Shown here piece after piece: positions 30,701-32,482 of a stretch of DNA of 32,482 nucleotides. How positions within the stretch are numbered: the first letter of the stretch is position 1; each line of letters opens with the position of its first letter. The notes beneath the pieces are model-generated. The model had not been told where the DNA came from. It searched no databases and saw only the letters and a list, made by a program, of their open reading frames with translations. This DNA is from Vezdaea acicularis (lineage: Eukaryota). The stretch is from NCBI GenBank assembly GCA_026025075.1, contig JAPEUI010000159.1, forward strand, positions 1-32,482, written 5' to 3'. A program made the position numbers and the translations under genes.

Positions 30701-32482
30701 AGAAATCGGAGGAGGAGTCATCTACGCGAGGACTCGATGGCAAGATCGAGGAGGCAACTAAGAAGATCGACAAAATATGGGACGATTCTTCAGCGAAGGT
30801 CAATGACAGCGAGTCGAGGAAGTCGGAATCTCCATTGCGGAAACATGATCGGGAAGAGCTCGTTAGCGGGTCATCACTCTCTCAAGACGACAAGGTTCGA
30901 AACATTGTTGCCCAAGTTGGACCGCCACTTGAGGACCCTCCTACCAAGAAAGATCTGTCATCAGAAATTCCATCTGAGACTTCATTCGATCGGCTTCGTG
31001 AGCAAGACGATGTCTTTGAAAGTCCAAGCGAGGTCTCAGGCAAGAGGAGTAAAAAGAGCAACAAAGAGAAACGAAAGGGATCAAAAGCCCTTAAAAATGA
31101 GTCTAAGCCCACCCTGTCATACATTTCTGATGATACTGCCACACTCGTCGAGGAACCAACGCCTTTGACTGCCGAAGAACCGCATGCTGTTACAACCGAA
31201 TTAGAATCCGAATCCAAGCTAGAATACGACCTCAAGCAGTCCAAAAAGAACAAGAAAATGGAAAAGAAGAAAGGCCGCAAGGATTCCACGCCGTTGGAAG
31301 AGGAAGAAGATTCTCAGCCACCCTCGCGTAAACAGAGCAAGAAGGATAAGAAGAAAGACAAGAAGAAGAAACAAACTCTTGATCTGTCTGAAGTTACTTC
31401 CGAGTCAGCTTTATCCAGCGATGTTCCTGGGGGTGCTCAACCGCCCCTTCTAGTGGATCGAACTGAGGAATTGCGGGAAGTCATTGAGCCTAGTCGTTCA
31501 GCAGCTGTTACAGTGCCAGTGGTACCCTCGCACATCGATGCGCCATCTGATGTTGATCAACTTATTCAGAGGACGCGGCAAAGCCAAGATGCCAGCCAAC
31601 AAGGCACGAGAGAAGTGCCAGTAGAGTCTAAACCGATTCTCCCACCTGAAGATCTTGAGGAGCAACCCCCAATAGTCAAGCCAAACATCCCTGAAACCAT
31701 TGTGGAGCAAGAGGAACCCACTGAGACAAATCGGTTGAACGCTGCAAACCTCATACAGCGCACGTGGCGCGGCCATTCTATCCGCCAGCAAGTCAAAGAG
31801 CTAGGTCTAAGCTTGGAACCTCAAAGGGTTGATCCTGCCGAGCACGGCGCCGGACCCGAGCACGACCAGTCTATTGAATTCCCCAGCATTCCTGAAGAGT
31901 CTTCTACTAAAGACACTTTGCCCATCGCACTCGCGGAAGGGGGTGAACTTGGTCATAGTGAAAAGCAGGCTGAGGCAGTTGAAAAGTCGCCAGAACTCAC
32001 TACTGTAGTTGAAACCTCTAGTCAAGCGTCTGCCCCAGTCGTCACGATACCAGAAGTGTCAAGTGAGGTTGATGGTCAACTGAATGCTGCAAGAGTGATA
32101 CAGAGAACGTGGCGAGGCCGTTCCATTCGTCAGCAGGGAAAGAAAACCCTACAGCCTGAATTCATCAGCCTTCCAGCTGGAGACGATGAGGATCTTGTCG
32201 AAGCCAAGGAGGAAGTAAAACATGAATCGCCAGATATTACTGACGCCGTTTTGGATCGCGAAAAACCTTCGCGAGATGTTGATGGTCAACTGAACGCTGC
32301 AAGAGTAATACAAAGAACATGGCGAGGCCATTCTATTCGCCAGCAGGGAAAGAAGGCGCTACAACCTGAACTCGTTAGCCTGCCAGCTGGAGACGATGAG
32401 GATCTTGTCGAAGCCAAAGAGGAAATAAAACTCGAATCCCCAGATATTACTGACGCCGTTTTGGATCGCGAAAAACCCTTGC
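21726..32482 (+). CDS. lah: Giant disordered repeat protein, probable Woronin-body tether leashin (Lah); 3' end lies beyond the window
   Basis: Exon 21726-29144 (2473 codons), 49-nt intron 29145-29193 (GTAATT...GCTAAC...TAG), then exon 29194 to >32482, read codon by codon with no stop (1096 codons), giving at least 3569 aa. Blocks I recall from Pezizomycotina leashin/'involucrin repeat' proteins: SVASSYVTA, QFPGQFP...GAAADYYG...QPGVRP...AEPHLMAASP, YTEYIGVCxxCF...APRKHHY, RPNSVEF...IRPLFLVERH...LPSLPSS. These are followed by an acidic linker with poly-Lys tracts. Identity is from motif recall, not a database search. Confidence 0.8.
23481..23501 (+). repeat. (CAT)7 microsatellite encoding a His7 tract
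   Basis: catcatcatcatcatcatcat, in frame within the giant ORF. Confidence 0.95.
24129..24440 (+). repeat. Two-copy 162-nt (54-aa) coding duplication
   Basis: RRVETGITSDGKLYRKDSQGGFFGG starts at 24129 and RRVEKGITSDGKVYVKDSKGGFFGG starts at 24291; each is followed by an RS-dipeptide tract. Confidence 0.9.
25911..26042 (+). repeat. ~4 copies of a 36-nt (12-aa) charged repeat
   Basis: KEERNKRSDKIY / KEEKKEKSDRII / KEDRKEKSDRPS / REERKEQS starting at 25911, 25947, 25983 and 26019. Confidence 0.85.
28242..28545 (+). repeat. ~2.5 copies of a degenerate 120-nt (40-aa) repeat with basic clusters
   Basis: LDEGKRKKEHRHSDKF (28242), GEESKRRKKKRHSSRS (28362) and GSESKRRRKKRHSDRF (28482). Confidence 0.8.
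28947..29036 (+). repeat. 5 copies of an 18-nt repeat encoding xR(D/E)SSR
   Basis: RRDSSR RRDSSR VRDSSR IRDSSR TRESSR. Confidence 0.9.
29482..29592 (+). repeat. ~7 copies of a degenerate 15-nt repeat (5-aa unit, P-S/P-D-I-x)
   Basis: ccgtcagacattgag ccaccagacattgca ccatcagacatgccg ccaccagacattccg ctatcaaacattctg ccatcagacactccg ctatcagagattcca, in the frame of exon 2. Confidence 0.85.
30319..30651 (+). repeat. 3 copies of a 111-nt (37-aa) tandem repeat
   Basis: Units start at 30319, 30430 and 30541. The first unit is DIKDLPPLPKSRPQSPISQEISQEVPNPFHFLDEEVE. Confidence 0.92.
31753..31785 (+). other. IQ calmodulin-binding consensus motif (stand-alone copy)
   Basis: Encodes IQRTWRGHSIR in the context LNAANLIQRTWRGHSIRQQ, an exact match to IQxxxRGxxxR with the typical preceding AA. 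Confidence 0.8.
32068..32482 (+). repeat. 210-nt (70-aa) tandem repeat with one IQ motif per unit; at least 2 copies, runs off the window
   Basis: Units start at 32068 and 32278. Unit 1 is VDGQLNAARVIQRTWRGRSIRQQGKKTLQPEFISLPAGDDEDLVEAKEEVKHESPDITDAVLDREKPSRD. IQ motifs are at 32098-32130 and 32308-32340. Confidence 0.93.

Noticed and set aside
30319..32482. Regularly spaced repeats considered as a possible CRISPR-like or mobile array
   Set aside because: Unit lengths are multiples of three (111 and 210 nt), there are no unique spacers, and the units lie in an open frame with synonymous variation. They are coding repeats in a eukaryotic gene.

Overview
Gene-dense, intron-containing fungal genomic DNA from a filamentous ascomycete (Pezizomycotina, inferred from short GT-AG introns with CTRAY-type branch sites and from the gene set). 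In order: the 5' end of an unknown minus-strand gene, SLC1 (LPA acyltransferase), POL5 (DNA polymerase phi/MYBBP1A-like), CDC25/MIH1-type phosphatase, SLD5 (GINS), a CorA-family Mg2+ transporter (Mnr2/Alr1-like), an intronless Cys-rich orphan that is probably secreted, RNA15/CstF-64, PHB2, and the first ~10.7 kb of a giant repeat-rich gene that I recognise as the Woronin-body tether leashin (lah). Exon structures were worked out by reading splice sites by hand. The most interesting observation lies outside the supplied ORF track. After a 49-nt intron the giant gene continues as an unbroken frame to the window edge, and this part carries three perfect IQ (calmodulin-binding) consensus motifs, IQRTWRG(H/R)SIR. 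Two of them sit inside a recent 210-nt (70-aa) tandem repeat that runs off the window. This suggests a possibly calmodulin-decorated, Ca2+-tunable septal-pore tether. No RNA genes, transposons or CRISPR arrays were recognised.
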